A DNA stretch of 64,000 bases from Gnetum montanum (taxonomy: Eukaryota; Plantae; Gnetophyta), in the NCBI GenBank assembly GCA_015680685.1, contig MNCI01000596.1:539559-603558 (forward strand). The letters run 5' to 3'. The translations under genes were made by a program, and so were the position numbers. Positions 1-13,834 of this stretch are shown piece by piece. Every line of letters starts with the position of its first letter. The stretch's first letter is position 1. The notes below the pieces were generated by a model. That model saw only the letters and a program-made list of their open reading frames with translations. It did not search any database and was not told the DNA's origin.

Positions 1-1343
1 TTTTTTTTCTAGTTTTTCATCTTTTCATTTATTATTTTATCTTTTTATGTTTTTATGAGTAATCTCATTTATGAATAAAGCACTCATGTTACTTGTTAGT
101 TGAGGTGTTGTTCTTTGCTATCAAGTCTTGAGTAACTAATTATTTGGACAGTGAGCCCATCACATCCACCCAACCATTCTATGAATAAGAGGTTCTACTC
201 TAGGTACGATGATATTCTTGACATCATTAAAACTTAAAGTAATTTTGTGCTCATTATACCCAAAGCGAAGAAGGATGGACCAAGAGGGAATGGCCAGGGT
301 GTGACATCAAGGGAACTTGTGGATTCTCTTTGGTGACATCTGTAGGAGTTACCATGCAGCCTGGGTGTACTAAGATCCTTGTAGATCTAATGAAAAATGG
401 AAGTAAGAGTATTAAAGGTACCCAATAAAGAAACTTGATGCTATTCTAGGGGGGTCCCATTGGAAAGACATGCATCCATGCCTGAAGGTAGGTGGCTTCT
501 CTAGATTGTGCATCATAAAAAAGAAGAAGAGAGAAGATAAAGTATGCCAAAGCAGCTAGAAAATAACAAATGTGCTAAAAAGAAATTCCAAATCACTCCT
601 CCCTTGAACAAACACCAAGTGATTGTACGCCTTGCTGTCATGATGCTCCTATGGTTGTCCATCATTGAATGAAGTAATACGATGTCATTGATTGGAAGAT
701 GGACTTGGTCTTGATTTTGGAGCAATGGGCTAATGACACATTAATCATGACCTACACTCAAGATTCATTGTGCCCTGAGTCAGTTACCTCATGTACCAAT
801 CTTTGCAGTCCATTCTACGATTCATCCCATCTCGCTGTTGAAGAATTTTTGACTTGTGTCTTGTGTGGCATAGAATTCATACCTCATCGCGGTGGTATTT
901 AACATGTGTGTGTATTGTTGCATTGATATAGATTACATTTCACCCTTCTAATGCCTACGGACATTTTTAGGTGTGGTTACACAAGGGCATTATAGGTTGG
1001 AACCTGCTTTGGGGAGGACTCACTTGTATGACTTTTGTAATTTGTACTAGTTGCAAACCACCACATCATTTTATACCCTCCGAGCACTTCATTGCCAACC
1101 TATTCTTTCCTTTGTCATCATTTTATCAAACGTTTCTCAAAACCATTACGTGTCCTTTGATGTGTCACCTAAACAAACCAGGTCCAACATTAAACTATTA
1201 GGGCAACTTCCTTGAAAAAATTTCTAACTCTAAAATCACACTAAGCAAAGAATTGAACAATTTCTAAAGGTAATAAGTAAGGTATAAAATAATTGAACTT
1301 CTTTCAATAACCTTACTAAAAATTTATCTTTTTGTGATTATAG

Positions 1344-1781
1344 ATGGCCCCTAAAAGATGACAATAAGGAGGACCTTCTCAAGGTGCAACTAAACGCCCA
1401 AGGGAAGGAAGAAGTTAAGGACCTCATGTAGAACATGCGGAGTAGGAGGCACAATCACACAGCATCCATTAGGGAACTCTTGTCATTGCACAATCTGGCC
1501 AAGCAAAATGTGGAGAGGTTAGGGCCCAAGCCTATGAAGAGGAACAATGACTATTTGTACCATGGCATATCAAGGCCAATCAAGTGTTCCCACAGCTACC
1601 ATGTCCATGGGAAGTGCCGACTCCATCAAGCATTGGAACATTAGCATGGGTGACTCATAATCCTTGGATAGAAGACAAGAAACATCAGGAACTTCTTCAA
1701 TAGTATCAATCTTAGAAGCCTAGCATGTAGGACAAAGGAAAGGCACCCATGGAGGAACAACTGCCACATGGAACCACATGA
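1344..1781 (+). pseudogene. Short (146-codon) decayed accessory ORF of element #1
   Basis: One frame MAPKR*Q*GGPSQ...FVPWHIKANQVFPQLPCPWEVP...LPHGTT* with in-frame stops. N- and C-termini match the long accessory ORF of element #3. Confidence 0.7.
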
Positions 1782-1961
1782 GTTCCAACAAAGTTTTGTA
1801 ATTTTATGTTTGTGTCCCAATTTTGTTTTGTTTAATCCCACACTGCGGCATGAATAATTCCTAGTTAGTCAATAATCCCATACCTATCTACTGTGTAATC
1901 AATTGGACTGGTTCTCATTTTGTTTAACTCGAGGATGAGTTATTATTCAGTCATGGGGGTA

Positions 1962-2866
1962 TGATGAATCATGGTTTGTCAGGTGCTGATAGTGGACCCT
2001 TGTTAACTAGGTGTTGATATCGGACCCCTGATATCTAATGAGTCCTGATATCGAATTGCTAATATCAGGTACGTGATATCGCAGCCTGGCTAGCGATATC
2101 GGATATGCGATATCATGACTCCTGTGTAGGCCTATAAATACACATGTAGGCACAAGGAGTTAGGAAGTTAGTTAGTTTTCAGTTAGTAGATAGAAGTTAG
2201 CTCATTAATTAGCTCTTCTACACCCTTTCCCCTAGTGCATGCCCGTAGTGTGATGATTGAAATTGTACCGAACCTTTATTCGAGTGTGATGTACTTGGAC
2301 ATGCACATGATCAAAAATAAAGATTGAGATTACTTCATCATTGCAGCATTCACTTAGTTCAATTATTTAATTATTATTATTATTTATTGCTTTCATAGTT
2401 AATATCTCTTCATCCTATACTCCTTAAATGCGGAATGAGTACGACTTAATCATGAGCATTCAAGTGTGACTACTTGGTATCCTAGTAGCATACCTAGGCC
2501 ATGCGCTTGGTAATCCCAGTGGTAGTTGTGCATGAGGTTCAAGATGTGTACGAGATGATTAGGGAATGGATGCTCATCGCACTTAGGCTAGCTTATATTC
2601 TATCTCCATTTTCCTCCTAGTTTAATTAAAGTTATTTTCCATTGCCTCTAGGAGTAGCACTAGGTTAGAAACCACATCATACACCACACTCTGGACTAAA
2701 CCATACGTGACAAAGCATATACTAGTTTAGGTGGGAAGACAATGGACTGCGATCAACGAGTAACTATCTAGATACCACAACTAGCCTGTCTACGGAATTT
2801 GACTAGATTGTGTGTGAAATGCTTATATTCATATGGTTGAGTGTAGGGGTACCTTGCCACTCATCA
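1962..2866 (+). repeat. 3' LTR of element #1 (~905 bp)
   Basis: TGATGA...TCATCA termini, CTATAAATA TATA at ~2131, clustered GATATC palindromes at 2015-2115. Confidence 0.85.
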
Positions 2867-4445
2867 ATCATGTAGGTTAGAATAAGGGGATCAGAAGAGG
2901 TGTCCCTACACCACTTTTCCTAGTCATTTCAACATTTCTTCATGTTGGGTAGCATTTAATTGATCACTCCCTACTCTTGTAGACATTTGGATGTTTGCCA
3001 TTATGGCAATATCTAGTACAACTATTGTAAGAGCATTTAGGGCTTTAGTTACCCTGTTAGCCACTACCTTTGCCACTATCTTCTAGCCTTTATGCTTTGT
3101 GACTAGGATGGTCACCACTTCATCCTCCTCTAATCTAATAAATAAATTCATGACATTTCTTGAAATTTTTGGAAATGTTTTTTTTAGGACTACACATAGT
3201 AACCTCTTGGACACTTGGATTTAGCCTCTTGGTTGCTTGGTCCCTTTGTGATAAGAATAGTGGAGAAGTTTCTGATCTAGCCAACTAATAATCCTAGTGA
3301 CCTCATTGAGATGGCTTAGGAATGGATTGTAAACCGAAGGCCTTCTACCACCTATTGACCCTTGCTATTGTTGTAGCTACTACTCAATAAGTTTTCTTAG
3401 CCTTTTAGTAGCTACAAGCACTTTTGGTGTAGTCTCTAGTACTATAGGTGATGATAGTGATGGCCTCTCCTCTTCTTGTACCTTGGTTTTTGCCTTGTCC
3501 TTCATCATGTCCTACCATGATGTGGTAGGAGCATGATGAACCATATCATTAGCATAGGATGCTATACCTTCCCTTTGGCATAGTTTTTGGATGAGGCATG
3601 GAAGGGAGTGTCTTCATTCCTGTCTCATTCTCCTTGAAACACTCCTTGAAACACTTCTCTATATTTAGATAGATGAGCTAGGGAAGGTTGACAAGGAATT
3701 TTTTGCTTAGAGTGATGCATGCCCAGGTAGAGGAGGTTGTTACCTAACGTGGCCTCACTGTGGGGTTCAAGTGATAGGCTAAAATTTTGAAAGAGACATG
3801 GTCCACCTTCATGAGGGAACCTTACTCCTTATAGTTCACTCTATAGTAATGTTGGACCCATTCCTTTTTGGCTTTGGGGTCCACTTGGGTAGAGATGTCA
3901 ACCAACTTTGCCCTAGTGTTGAACAAACCAAGGACCTCCATGATGGCCTCAACCACGTAGAAGACAATGATCTTTTTGATTTTTAAAGATGCATATCCTT
4001 ATTAGTTGTTCCATAACAGATAAGTCTTTCCCATGTACAATTCTCCACTAGTAAAGAGAATGGGCCACATGGGAGACCCTTGTAATTGGGTGTGGACATC
4101 TTTAGGTGCCAACTCTAAGAAGGGTCAAAAGCTTAATACTTGGAGAATAGAACTTTGAACCTCCTTGGTTGTTATTTTTTCTAGTTAGGCCTCTGTGAGC
4201 ATAACTTTGAGGTTAGGCCTTGGCCTAGGAGCTTCATTGTGTCTAGACTAGCCTATTTCTACTATGGAAATCTATTGGATAGATTCCACTTTGAGTTCCT
4301 CCCAAAGAGGTCTCATCGCATGGGTTACTTCGACTGCTTGCTCTCGGGGCTACTGTAGTTATTGTTGTTGGTAGCTTCCTCCTCTTGGATAGTTTTCCCT
4401 AGGCTAAGAAGGCCCTCCCACTTACGGTTATCTCTTTGGTGCCAT
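2867..4445 (-). pseudogene. Accessory (env-position) ORF of element #2, N-terminal half
   Basis: MAPKR...LKVMLTEA...PFLELAPKDVHTQLQGSPMWPILFTSGELYMGKTYLLWNN, homologous to 26348-26707; cut by element #1. Confidence 0.75.
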
Positions 4446-6559
4446 TTGTGATCACAAATGTAACCTAGGATTAGTTATTTATTTTATAACCCTTAGGTTG
4501 TTCAATACCTTTCTTACTAGATTGAGTTACACTTAGGCTTTTTAGTGATCTTGGTAAGCTATCTTATTTTAATATTATTTAATGATTAGCTATGAAGTTT
4601 GTTTGTTAAGTTTAACCCACTCAAAATGAGTAATTTAATATTACTTTAATGGATAAATCTTGGAAGTTAGGAAAATTTTGAAAAATTTTCTAAAAGAAAC
4701 CAAAGGTTTATGACCCCCATGATAAAAATCTCATCTTTGGTAGCTCAAGGATAAAAAATTGAGGAGAATTGGATTAATGTTTGAGATTTATTGCACTTGG
4801 AAGGTTCTTGGGCTTTGAAAAATTGAAAAAATCCTTTTGTGTTTGTGACAAAATGATGCAAATTTAGCTAAGTGTTACAACTATACATAGTTTTTTTTTC
4901 ATTGTGAAGAATGGGGATATATCGACGAGGTTGCATCGATGAATTCTGCTACATCAATGGAGATGCATCAATGTGTCTACATTGACGAATCTTGCTACAT
5001 TGACATAGCTATTGGAGTTGATTTTTTCACATATTGAAAACAAGAAACTATAGAAGAGTTTGGGAATGAAGAAAAAGCCCAATGGAAGCCATAAAAGATA
5101 GAAGGATGGCAAAAACATGGAAGAGGTTTAAAAACTCATTAGGAGAGGAATTAGATTGGATTTGGAGAGTGGATAATGCCAAAAGAAAGAAAAACTAGAT
5201 GTTTAGAAGGTAAAGTGATAAGATTGATTGCAAAAATGATCAAGGGATAGGAAGTTTCACTTAGAAATACTAAGGGGGTATGTAAGTGGGTCCTTCCTAA
5301 AGTAGGCTCATGCTAATAATGCCTTTGCATGCTTTCATCCCAAGGAGTTCGTAGGCACCAAGGATGATTAATGATCATTGAAAGTTAAAAATTAAATCCA
5401 TGTGAGAGATTGATGGAGGATTATGCCACATGCCATAATAGACACATCAATTCATCATAATAGAAGGTAGTGAGGTGATTGATGATGAGGTTAGAATGAT
5501 GGGAGCGAGAATGGTAAAATATTTTCATCTTGATCACATGAAGTCCTTGTGGAATTTGTAATTAAGATGATATGATACTGTCCCATCATCAGTTAAGACC
5601 AAGTCCATCTATGTTTAGTAATGTTACATTGCCATATCCTAACCCTTCGATAATCAAGAGTTCATGATAATCCTCAAAGGACAACGATCACTTCAAGAAA
5701 AGAAAAAAAAGAGAAGTAGGAAGATAAGAAGGGCTTTAGTTAGAGGGGTGCCTTCAAGTATGGTTAACATGTCTTTCTAGCTTGATAACTAGTGCTTGTA
5801 GCCTATTATTTTATCTAAGGGATGTGCTTTGAATTCCCATGTTTTTTTCCAAATGGGAACCACACCATGCAAAGACATGCTTCTTGTTATGGTTGATGGT
5901 AGGAGTGGTAAGAGACCAATGAAGAAAATCATAGAACTGAAGAAATAAGTTGGAAACTAAAGATGACAAATCCCCTTGAAGTCACACCCTTGTCTATGTC
6001 CACTTGGTTCATTTTGAGTTCGTTAAGTAACAAGATCATTAATTACTTTACATTTTAATTGTGGAAGGACCTCATGCTCCCATGATACACAACCTTAGAG
6101 TGTTTGATGGAATGGATGGATGTTGTGGATGCACTGGTTGATATCATCAGAAAATCAACAATTTGTTAATCAAGGACATAATCCTAAGTTGAAATTTGGT
6201 CATTTAATGATTAATCATAATATTAAATTTTGTATTAATTAATTTCAAGTAGTAGCAATAGCCATGGAAAAAACTCAAGATTTCATACCAACAAAACAAA
6301 ACAAAAGAACACATAAGAACTATTGATAGAAACAAAGTGAAAGATATAAAAGTTGTTGTAGAATATTTAAGAAAATGAAAAACATATAAAGAATGATGTA
6401 AAACAAAAAGATGAAAAATTAGGTGGCTTACATAGAACGTTAACATGGATGGCCATCTCCCCTATGATTAAGTGAAAAGGGAGAGATCCGAAAATAGTGT
6501 GTTTGTGTCCATCAGTTAAGGTGTTAGTGTCCCTAATTATGTGAGTTTCTAGGAAAGAC

Positions 6560-9500
6560 TTTATTTATTAGATGCTGAGTAGTAGCTGTTTTTATAGACT
6601 TAAAGGATGACAAATTGTCATGACACCAGAAGAAAAAGTTGTATGTATGATGTAAGGTCATTTCCATAGCATTTGAAACTTTCTACATTGTGGTACATGC
6701 ATGGGGTTCCAGAAAATAACCTTATTACCTAGTTGGAATTTAACTCTCCTTATTCATGGATTGTGACATTGTTTAACATGTGCTTTGTGCACTTCATTCA
6801 TTAATAAGTTTACTTATCGGTTCCTATCTAGCACATGTAGTGTCATTAAGCATTCCTTTTATGCTAGACTTAGATTAAGGTCAAGCTCACAAGCTTTTGA
6901 AAGTGTACAAAGTTTAGCTTGGATTGGCAGGGTTGGTTATTTTCCATAGACTAGCTCATAGGAAGAATAACCAATAGGAAGTTTCTAGGTAGATCAATAA
7001 GTCCATAGAGCATCGTTGAGTTCTGTGCTCTAGTCTTTTCTATATTTACTAATGGTGCATGTTAGTATCTTGGTTATTTCCCTATTAGTAACTTCAGCTT
7101 GATCATTAGCTTGGGAATGATAGAAAGTTGTTAATTTATGTTCCACCTCTAAGCATTGCATTAGTTTTTAAAAGGTAGCATCCATGAAGTGAGTTTCATT
7201 ATTAGAAATAAGTGTTCTTGGCATGCCAAACTTGTTTATCACACTTTTTTGAACAAACCATGCTGTAATAGAATATGAAAAATTGGTGACAATTGTAGCT
7301 TTAGCTCATTTGGTGTAGTAATCAATGACTACAATGATGTTTGTCTTCTCATTGGACATGGGGTTGATGCATTGCATGAAGTCAATTTTCCAAAGGTCAA
7401 AAGGCTCTAGTGGCTGGATTTAGTATTAGGGCCCTTCCATTTATATGGTCATTCCTCCATCTCTTTAGCATTACTTGCATGAATAGAAAGATTTATGGAT
7501 GTCCCTAAAGATTATCTGCCAATAATATTCTACCATGACGATTTTCATGGCCATCCTCCTTCCTGCATAATGGGCTTTGTAAGGACCTTCATGACTATCC
7601 TAGAGTATCTATAGTTGATCAGCATTGGGCATGCACCATTGTACTAATCCATCAATGCAAACTTTGTAAAGGTTACCCTTGATCTCCATGTAATGCTTGG
7701 CTTAGTAAAGAAATTGTTGTTTCTTCCTATTGTCTCATTCCTGAGGAGTCTCCTAAGTGAGTAGATAAGAGAGGAATTCTTTGTACCAATTAGAATCTTT
7801 GGGATTTTGAACTTCAACAACTTTTACAAAGAGGAGTTCATCTAGGAATTGATCAAATAAAGGTCCCTTGTCCTCTTCACTATTCCATTGCAACCAAGAC
7901 AAGTGATCAGTGACCATGTTCTTAGTTTCCTTTCTATTCATCATTGTGAGATCAACTCTTGTAAAATTACTAGTCATTGTATGACATTAAAACTCACTGC
8001 TAGTTTATTCATGAGAAACCTGATAGCACTATGGTTCGTGTGCACAAAAATTTGATATCCAAGCACATAATGCCTAAATTTCTCTAAGGCATACATCACC
8101 ACCATGAGCTCCTTATTTACAGTGGTGTAGTTCAATTGTGCCTCCACAATGTTTTTGCTTGTATAATGAATGTAGTAAGGATGTTTTTGATCATTCAATT
8201 ATGTAGGCATGACCTCCAAGGCATAATTGGATGCATTTGTCATAATGTGGAAGGGTTTGGGCTAATCAAGAGCACATAGAATGGAAGTTTCTACAAGCTT
8301 TTACTTTAACTGTTGGAATGCTAACTCACATTCCTTGGTCTAGTTGAAGGATGTATTCTTCTTTATCAGCTTAATCAACAACTTAGCAATTTGTGACAAG
8401 TTCTTGATGAAGCGACGATAATATCCAGTATGGTCAAGGAATGACCTTATATCTTTTACCATTTTAGGTTGCTTGGAGATTCCTTGGATGAACTATATCT
8501 TTTTTGGATCCACCTTGAGCCCTTTCTATAAAATTCGGTGCCCCAAAACTATGCCCTCTTGAATCATCAAGTGGCTTTTCTGCTAGTTAAGTTTTAAATT
8601 AGTCTCCACACATTATTGAAGCATTTGCTCAAGATGGTGCAAGGCTTGCTTAAAAGTGGTTCCATAAATAGAGAAGTCATCCATGAAGACTTCTACTCCA
8701 CTACCAATTTACGATTGAAAGGTGCTAAGCACAAAATGTTGGAAAGTAGTAAGAGCATTGCATAGGTCAAAGGCGAGCATTCTATATGCAAATGTTTCCC
8801 AAGGACTTGTAAATGTTATTTTGGCCTAATCCTTTAGTGCAATCTAGAGTTGGTTATAGCCACTATAGTCATCTAGAAAGTTGTAATAGCAATTTCTTGC
8901 AATGATATCCAATAATTAATCAAAAAATAACAATGAAAAATTGTCTTTGAAAGTTGTCATATTCAATAGTCTAAAATCTATGTAGAATCTCCACTTCCCT
9001 TCCTTCTTGGATACAATCATGAGTGGGCTAACCCACTCATTGTATGTAATTGGATATATGAATCCAACCTTAAGAAGTTTTTCTACTTCTTCCTTCACAA
9101 CCTACTTAAGCTTTGGATTCAACCTTTTTTGTAGTTGCCTCTTAGCTTAATGAAAGAGTTTGTATAGATGCAGTGCTGGCATATTTGCAAATCTATCTTG
9201 ATGAGTTTATGATATGATCAAGCAAAGGTTGTTGGTGACTTGTTCACCATCTTTAACAACTTTCTTTTCTGATCTTGAGCAAGGTTGACATTAATGATCA
9301 TTAGCTTTCCGTTGTTAAGGAAATCATATTTTAAAGTTGACAGTAAAGCTTTTAGCTTAAGGGGATCTTACTTGAAATGATTTGGGATTTCCAACACTTT
9401 CCAATCCATTTCAATTTATGTGTGGGAGATTTCACTATATAGTTGCACCATTTCATCTATGTTCTCAATGTAGGTGCTCGTAAGGCTATCTAATGATTCC

Positions 9501-12500
9501 ATGCATATTGTGGATTTTGCTTGATGATTTGATGTTAGCCACTGGGTACCTTCCTGCTTTGTGGCTACTGCATATAGGCACTTCTAAATAACTACTATTT
9601 TGGCACACTGATTGCATACTTGGATAGCTTTACCTTTTACCATGCATATTCTCTACACACAATGGCACCCTGTGTCATTGTATGCAATGCACAAAACTCT
9701 CTTCTTCTCCATTTTGCCAAATTCATTTTCCTTGAAGATTTCTAAGGAAAGGTCTCAAATCCCCATTTGGCATTTATAATTCTTAGCCATGAATTTTTCA
9801 TAATGATAGGGAAGTTCCCCCTACAATTATTGACATGAATTACAAGGAAATTTGTAGGATATGACCAATTGTAGATGGTGGTTATAATGTTCTACACTAG
9901 CATTAGAGAAATAATGATGGATTGATTTACCAACTCTACTCTGAGATTACTCTTGTTAAGAGGAGGTAGGTTCTAGGTATTATATAGTTCTTGGAAGATT
10001 AAGTTCACCTTAGAACCTGAGTCTAAAAGAGCCTTACATGGATCATTCCCTACAATTTACAAATAAATTAGGGGACTCCTAAGATTAAGTTGTTTCCTAG
10101 GAAGGTGTCCAATGTCTATCTAATCTATGACAGCATGGGTTAACATAATAGTGTCAACATTAGAGGTCCTTTGGTTTGAAGATAACTTGAGGGTACTTTC
10201 AGAGGTAGATGAGGTAGAGTTAATAGCCATGGATATTTGTGAAAGTTTTGTGGAATTTTTCAATCTAAAGAATGGTCTCTTGTGAGGCTTTAGTTTAGAA
10301 CCACTTGGATGAATATATAGTTGTAAGTTTATTGTGCTTGCAATATTTCACTATTGTGGCTATGGTGGAATTTTCCCCTACATAGGTAGAGCAAGTGGAA
10401 AGGGTGTGGTAGTTGGTGATGAAAGAGTTACTAAGGGATATAGAGGATGAAAAGGAAAAGGAGACTTCCCTTTTAGAGAAGGTGCTTTGTAGTATTCTAG
10501 AGGGTAGTAGTAGTGAGGGAAGGAGGCACGGCTACATGAGTCACGAGGTAATATAGGCTATTGGATATAATATCCCTAAGGATCTGGCTACCTGTAAGGA
10601 TACTATTGCTATGATGATGACATCTCCCAAAATTATGGATGTTGCCACTACTAGTATTTCTTCTAAGGTTGAGGAGATGCTCCACTTAAATAATACATTG
10701 GTTGGTGAAACTACTACTTGTAGTTGTCTTGTGAGTAAGGTAATCACTTGGGTGTTTGCTATTTTTCAAATTTAGGATTTAATGCATACACCATAGACTC
10801 CTCTAGATGCAAAAAGATTAGGCAACATCCCTTAGGATGCTCATATTGGCAAATTTTACACTCATCATAATCTATTTTAGAATCTATAATCTCTTCAATC
10901 AATACAAGTTTATCCTTTTTCTAATGGTAACTATTTTATAGTTCCTTTTTTCTCCTTCTATCTGAATCAATACCCCCTTGGTCTACTCTTTATTTTGTAA
11001 TTTTTAAAGCTATTTGGAACTTGTCATCTAAGGAGTCCAACATTTTTTGTAATGTAGTCGATATATTAGTCATAGATTTTTGTATCGACAAGGTATTTCT
11101 TTGCATCACTTCATCAAGCAATGCCTCTTCCTTTGAGTTATAGAAATGCACCTCCCTTTTGTGAATGGAGGGGTCCCTATTATACTCTTCTACACTTTCA
11201 TGTTTTTTTAGCTTCCCTTCTTCTTTGGCCACATGTTCAATTAGCCTTTGAATCTGATGGGCCCATATTTCAAACCTTGGGCATAGACCTGAAGGATTTT
11301 CCTTATCTTATTCCTGAATCCATCTATGATGTGATGAAGTTATTCTCTTTACAAGTATCCATGGCCTAGGCATTGGTGCAATAGAGAGTAGTACTTACCT
11401 AGGCTACATCCACAAACTCATGATTTTTCTATTTTCATCCTTAGATCTACCTTTATAGTTTAGACACTCTAGAGTATGTTTGATACTTGTCGTTAAAGTG
11501 TTGTAACATGGTACTACATTGGTGAATGGATTTTGGTTCCAAGGACCGGTACCAACTAGTTGCTTCTTTGGTGAGTGCCCTTAAGAACAATTTAAGCTTC
11601 TGCCAGTCATTCTTTATGTTCTACAAGGCACATGCATCATGAAAGACTTGGAGATCATTTTGATGATTTGCATTATGTCCTCCTTCAAACCTGGGGATAT
11701 TATTCATATCCAACCTTCTAATCCTACTATCTTTTTGATGCCTTGTAGAAATTCTCACTACCTTTGAAATATTAAGCATGTTTCTAGTAGCTAGCAATGC
11801 TCATCATAATCATGTTGTTCACGGTGGCTCCTTTCATGGCCATTATGCCTATGATGAGTTCTACTATGCCTTCACTCCTGATGGTGCTCTTCTTGCCCTT
11901 GTGATTGTCTCCACCTTTGGTCTTGATCATCTTGGTAGGATCTTAGTTCATCTCTATCTTGCCATTCATTTTCATCCTTATCTTGATTGTTCCTTCTTTT
12001 ATCTTAGCCTCAGCTCCTCCTATTAGAATTTGATGATGAAGAGGATGTTGAGGATGAAGAAGGAGAACTAGGAGAATGATGACTACTACTTCATCTCCTT
12101 TAGTTCCTACCCTGGTTCATTTATTTTTCTTTATTCTTCTAGTTATCATTCTCCTTGCCTTTAGATGAATGGCTAGGATTTTCGTACTTTGAGGCTTCCT
12201 TATCTTGAGATCCTATCTTTCCATCATCAAGGTTTTCCAAAGTTGATTGTAACCATTGGTGAAGGATTTCCTCATCTAAGAAAGGAGGAGAATCTATATA
12301 TTGGGATTAGCTAGAAAGGAAATCATTGTCATCTTTGTGCTATTGTAAGAATAATTATGCTAGGATCCTCTCGCCCTTAGAGGCCTCATAACATGCTTCC
12401 ATATGCTAATCTTTCTTACACTAGGCATTTGCAAGATGATAGTCCGTGCAAATATGGTCTTGGACCTTGTATTCTAAGTTGAGTGCAGTGATTCCTAGTT

Positions 12501-12738
12501 TGATGAGATTGGTCATCAGTATGGTGGGAATAAATTGATCAAGAGGCAACACAATGTTGTCTTCCATGTCTCTTTAGTGCATGTGTTCATCTTGATGAAG
12601 GATGAAAGTGAATTCTAGATTATAAGGATTCATATGGGCATAGATAACTCTGAGTTGTTGGGGCTTCTTTGGTTTCCCCTATTGTTGATTGGATACTCTT
12701 ATGTTTGGTGGAGATTTATCCCTACAAGAAGAAGCCAT
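6560..12738 (-). pseudogene. Decayed gag-protease-RT-RNaseH-integrase of element #2
   Basis: Gypsy domain order; protease ALLDSGS at ~10015-10035, RT at ~8400-9150, RNaseH at ~7900-8250, integrase at ~6700-7450; many stops. Confidence 0.9.
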
Positions 12739-12886
12739 ATTAGTTGTTTATAAAAATAGTGTGCTTTTGATATTTTATTTTTTAATTATTTCTCTTATTG
12801 GATGATAGTTGGTCATTGTGTCCTATTTACAACATCTTTGTACAACTTCACAGTCTTCTACTAATTAGAGTACTTAGCTAACTAAA

Positions 12887-12906
12887 GTTCCTAGCAATGG
12901 TACCAA
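12887..12906 (-). promoter_or_regulatory. Primer binding site (tRNA-Asp type, Athila-like)
   Basis: Reverse complement TTGGTACCATTGCTAGGAAC resembles the Athila PBS TGGCGCCGTTGCCGGGGA; abuts the LTR. Confidence 0.7.
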
Positions 12907-13834
12907 TAATAAGTAGCAGGTATGCCCTATGCCCAACCATACGAATCACAAGTGTTCACTAGCAATCTAGTTGAATTCTATGGACTTAGTTCCTATGTTG
13001 CCTATAGTGTTCACTAGCAATTCGGTTGAATTTTGTGGACTTAGTTCCTAAGTTGCCTATAGTCTTAAACCATGAGTTAAGGGGTTGTATGATCATTGTC
13101 TTTCTAACTCATACTTTTGTTATTAGTACATATGGTTAAATGTAAGTTAAGGCACATGATGTCTATTTTAAAAGTATTTATGTATAGTTTTCATCCTAAT
13201 AGCTAGATGAGTAAAGGAAGGTTTAACAACTAATTATTTAACTACTTAGCTAAACTAGCAACTAACTATCCTAATGTGAAGCAACTATTCCCACTTAGTG
13301 TACACATCCTAAACTAGTATTAACATTACTAGGTTATCAAGTGGCTATTATTGGGTGTACCAAATGTCCACTATTGGGATTACCAAGTGCAATATGTGAT
13401 GTTTGAAGTGGTCATACTTATGTATTTGTGGTTAAGTATATTAATTAATTAAAACATGAATGCAAACTGCATCAAAAGTAAAGTGAAAATAGGAAAGAGT
13501 AAACTAATCCAAGTGCTATAATGAATATAAGAAATCTTAACTTTCTTACCATTCATGCCAATGCATTTAGGTACATGGTGTTCGAATAAAGCGCTATACA
13601 GTCTCTTTAATTCACATTGTGAGCACTTAGAGGAAAAGCTTTGAAGATAAAGAACTACAAGAGCTTCGCTATGCTATTATATCTATGTTATCATAAATGC
13701 AATTGATGTGGACATTTATATATGCCTTTCCTGCATTAGCATTGACCCATCTAACCATGTGTTGATAGGGATATGTTGACACGACTATGTCGATGCATAC
13801 TTGTTGATGCAATTTGTCTAATTATGACTCATCA
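12907..13834 (-). repeat. 5' LTR of element #2, with an internal 55-bp tandem duplication (12951-13063)
   Basis: Termini TAATAA (decayed TGATGA)...TCATCA; AGTGTTCACTAGCAAT...GTTGCCTAT occurs twice in tandem. Confidence 0.8.

Larger units (their letters stand above)
1..2866 (+). mobile_element. 3' end of Athila-like Ty3/gypsy element #1 (non-coding spacer, mini accessory ORF, PPT, 3' LTR); inserted into element #2
   Basis: PPT-like ATGGGGGTA then LTR TGATGA(1962)...TCATCA(2866). The LTR end (ATGGTTGAGTGTAGGGGTACC..CACTCATCA) and the pre-PPT GAGGATGAGT match element #3. Spacer motifs are shared with #2 and #3. Confidence 0.8.
2867..13834 (-). mobile_element. Athila-like Ty3/gypsy element #2 (5' LTR, gag-pol, spacer, accessory ORF; 3' part lies beyond insertion #1)
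   Basis: 5' LTR 12907-13834, Asp-type PBS, RT/RNaseH/integrase fragments in the ORF track (WVSPLMIVSKKEGKWR; NYTTVNKELMVVMYALEKFRHY); colinear with element #3. Confidence 0.9.
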
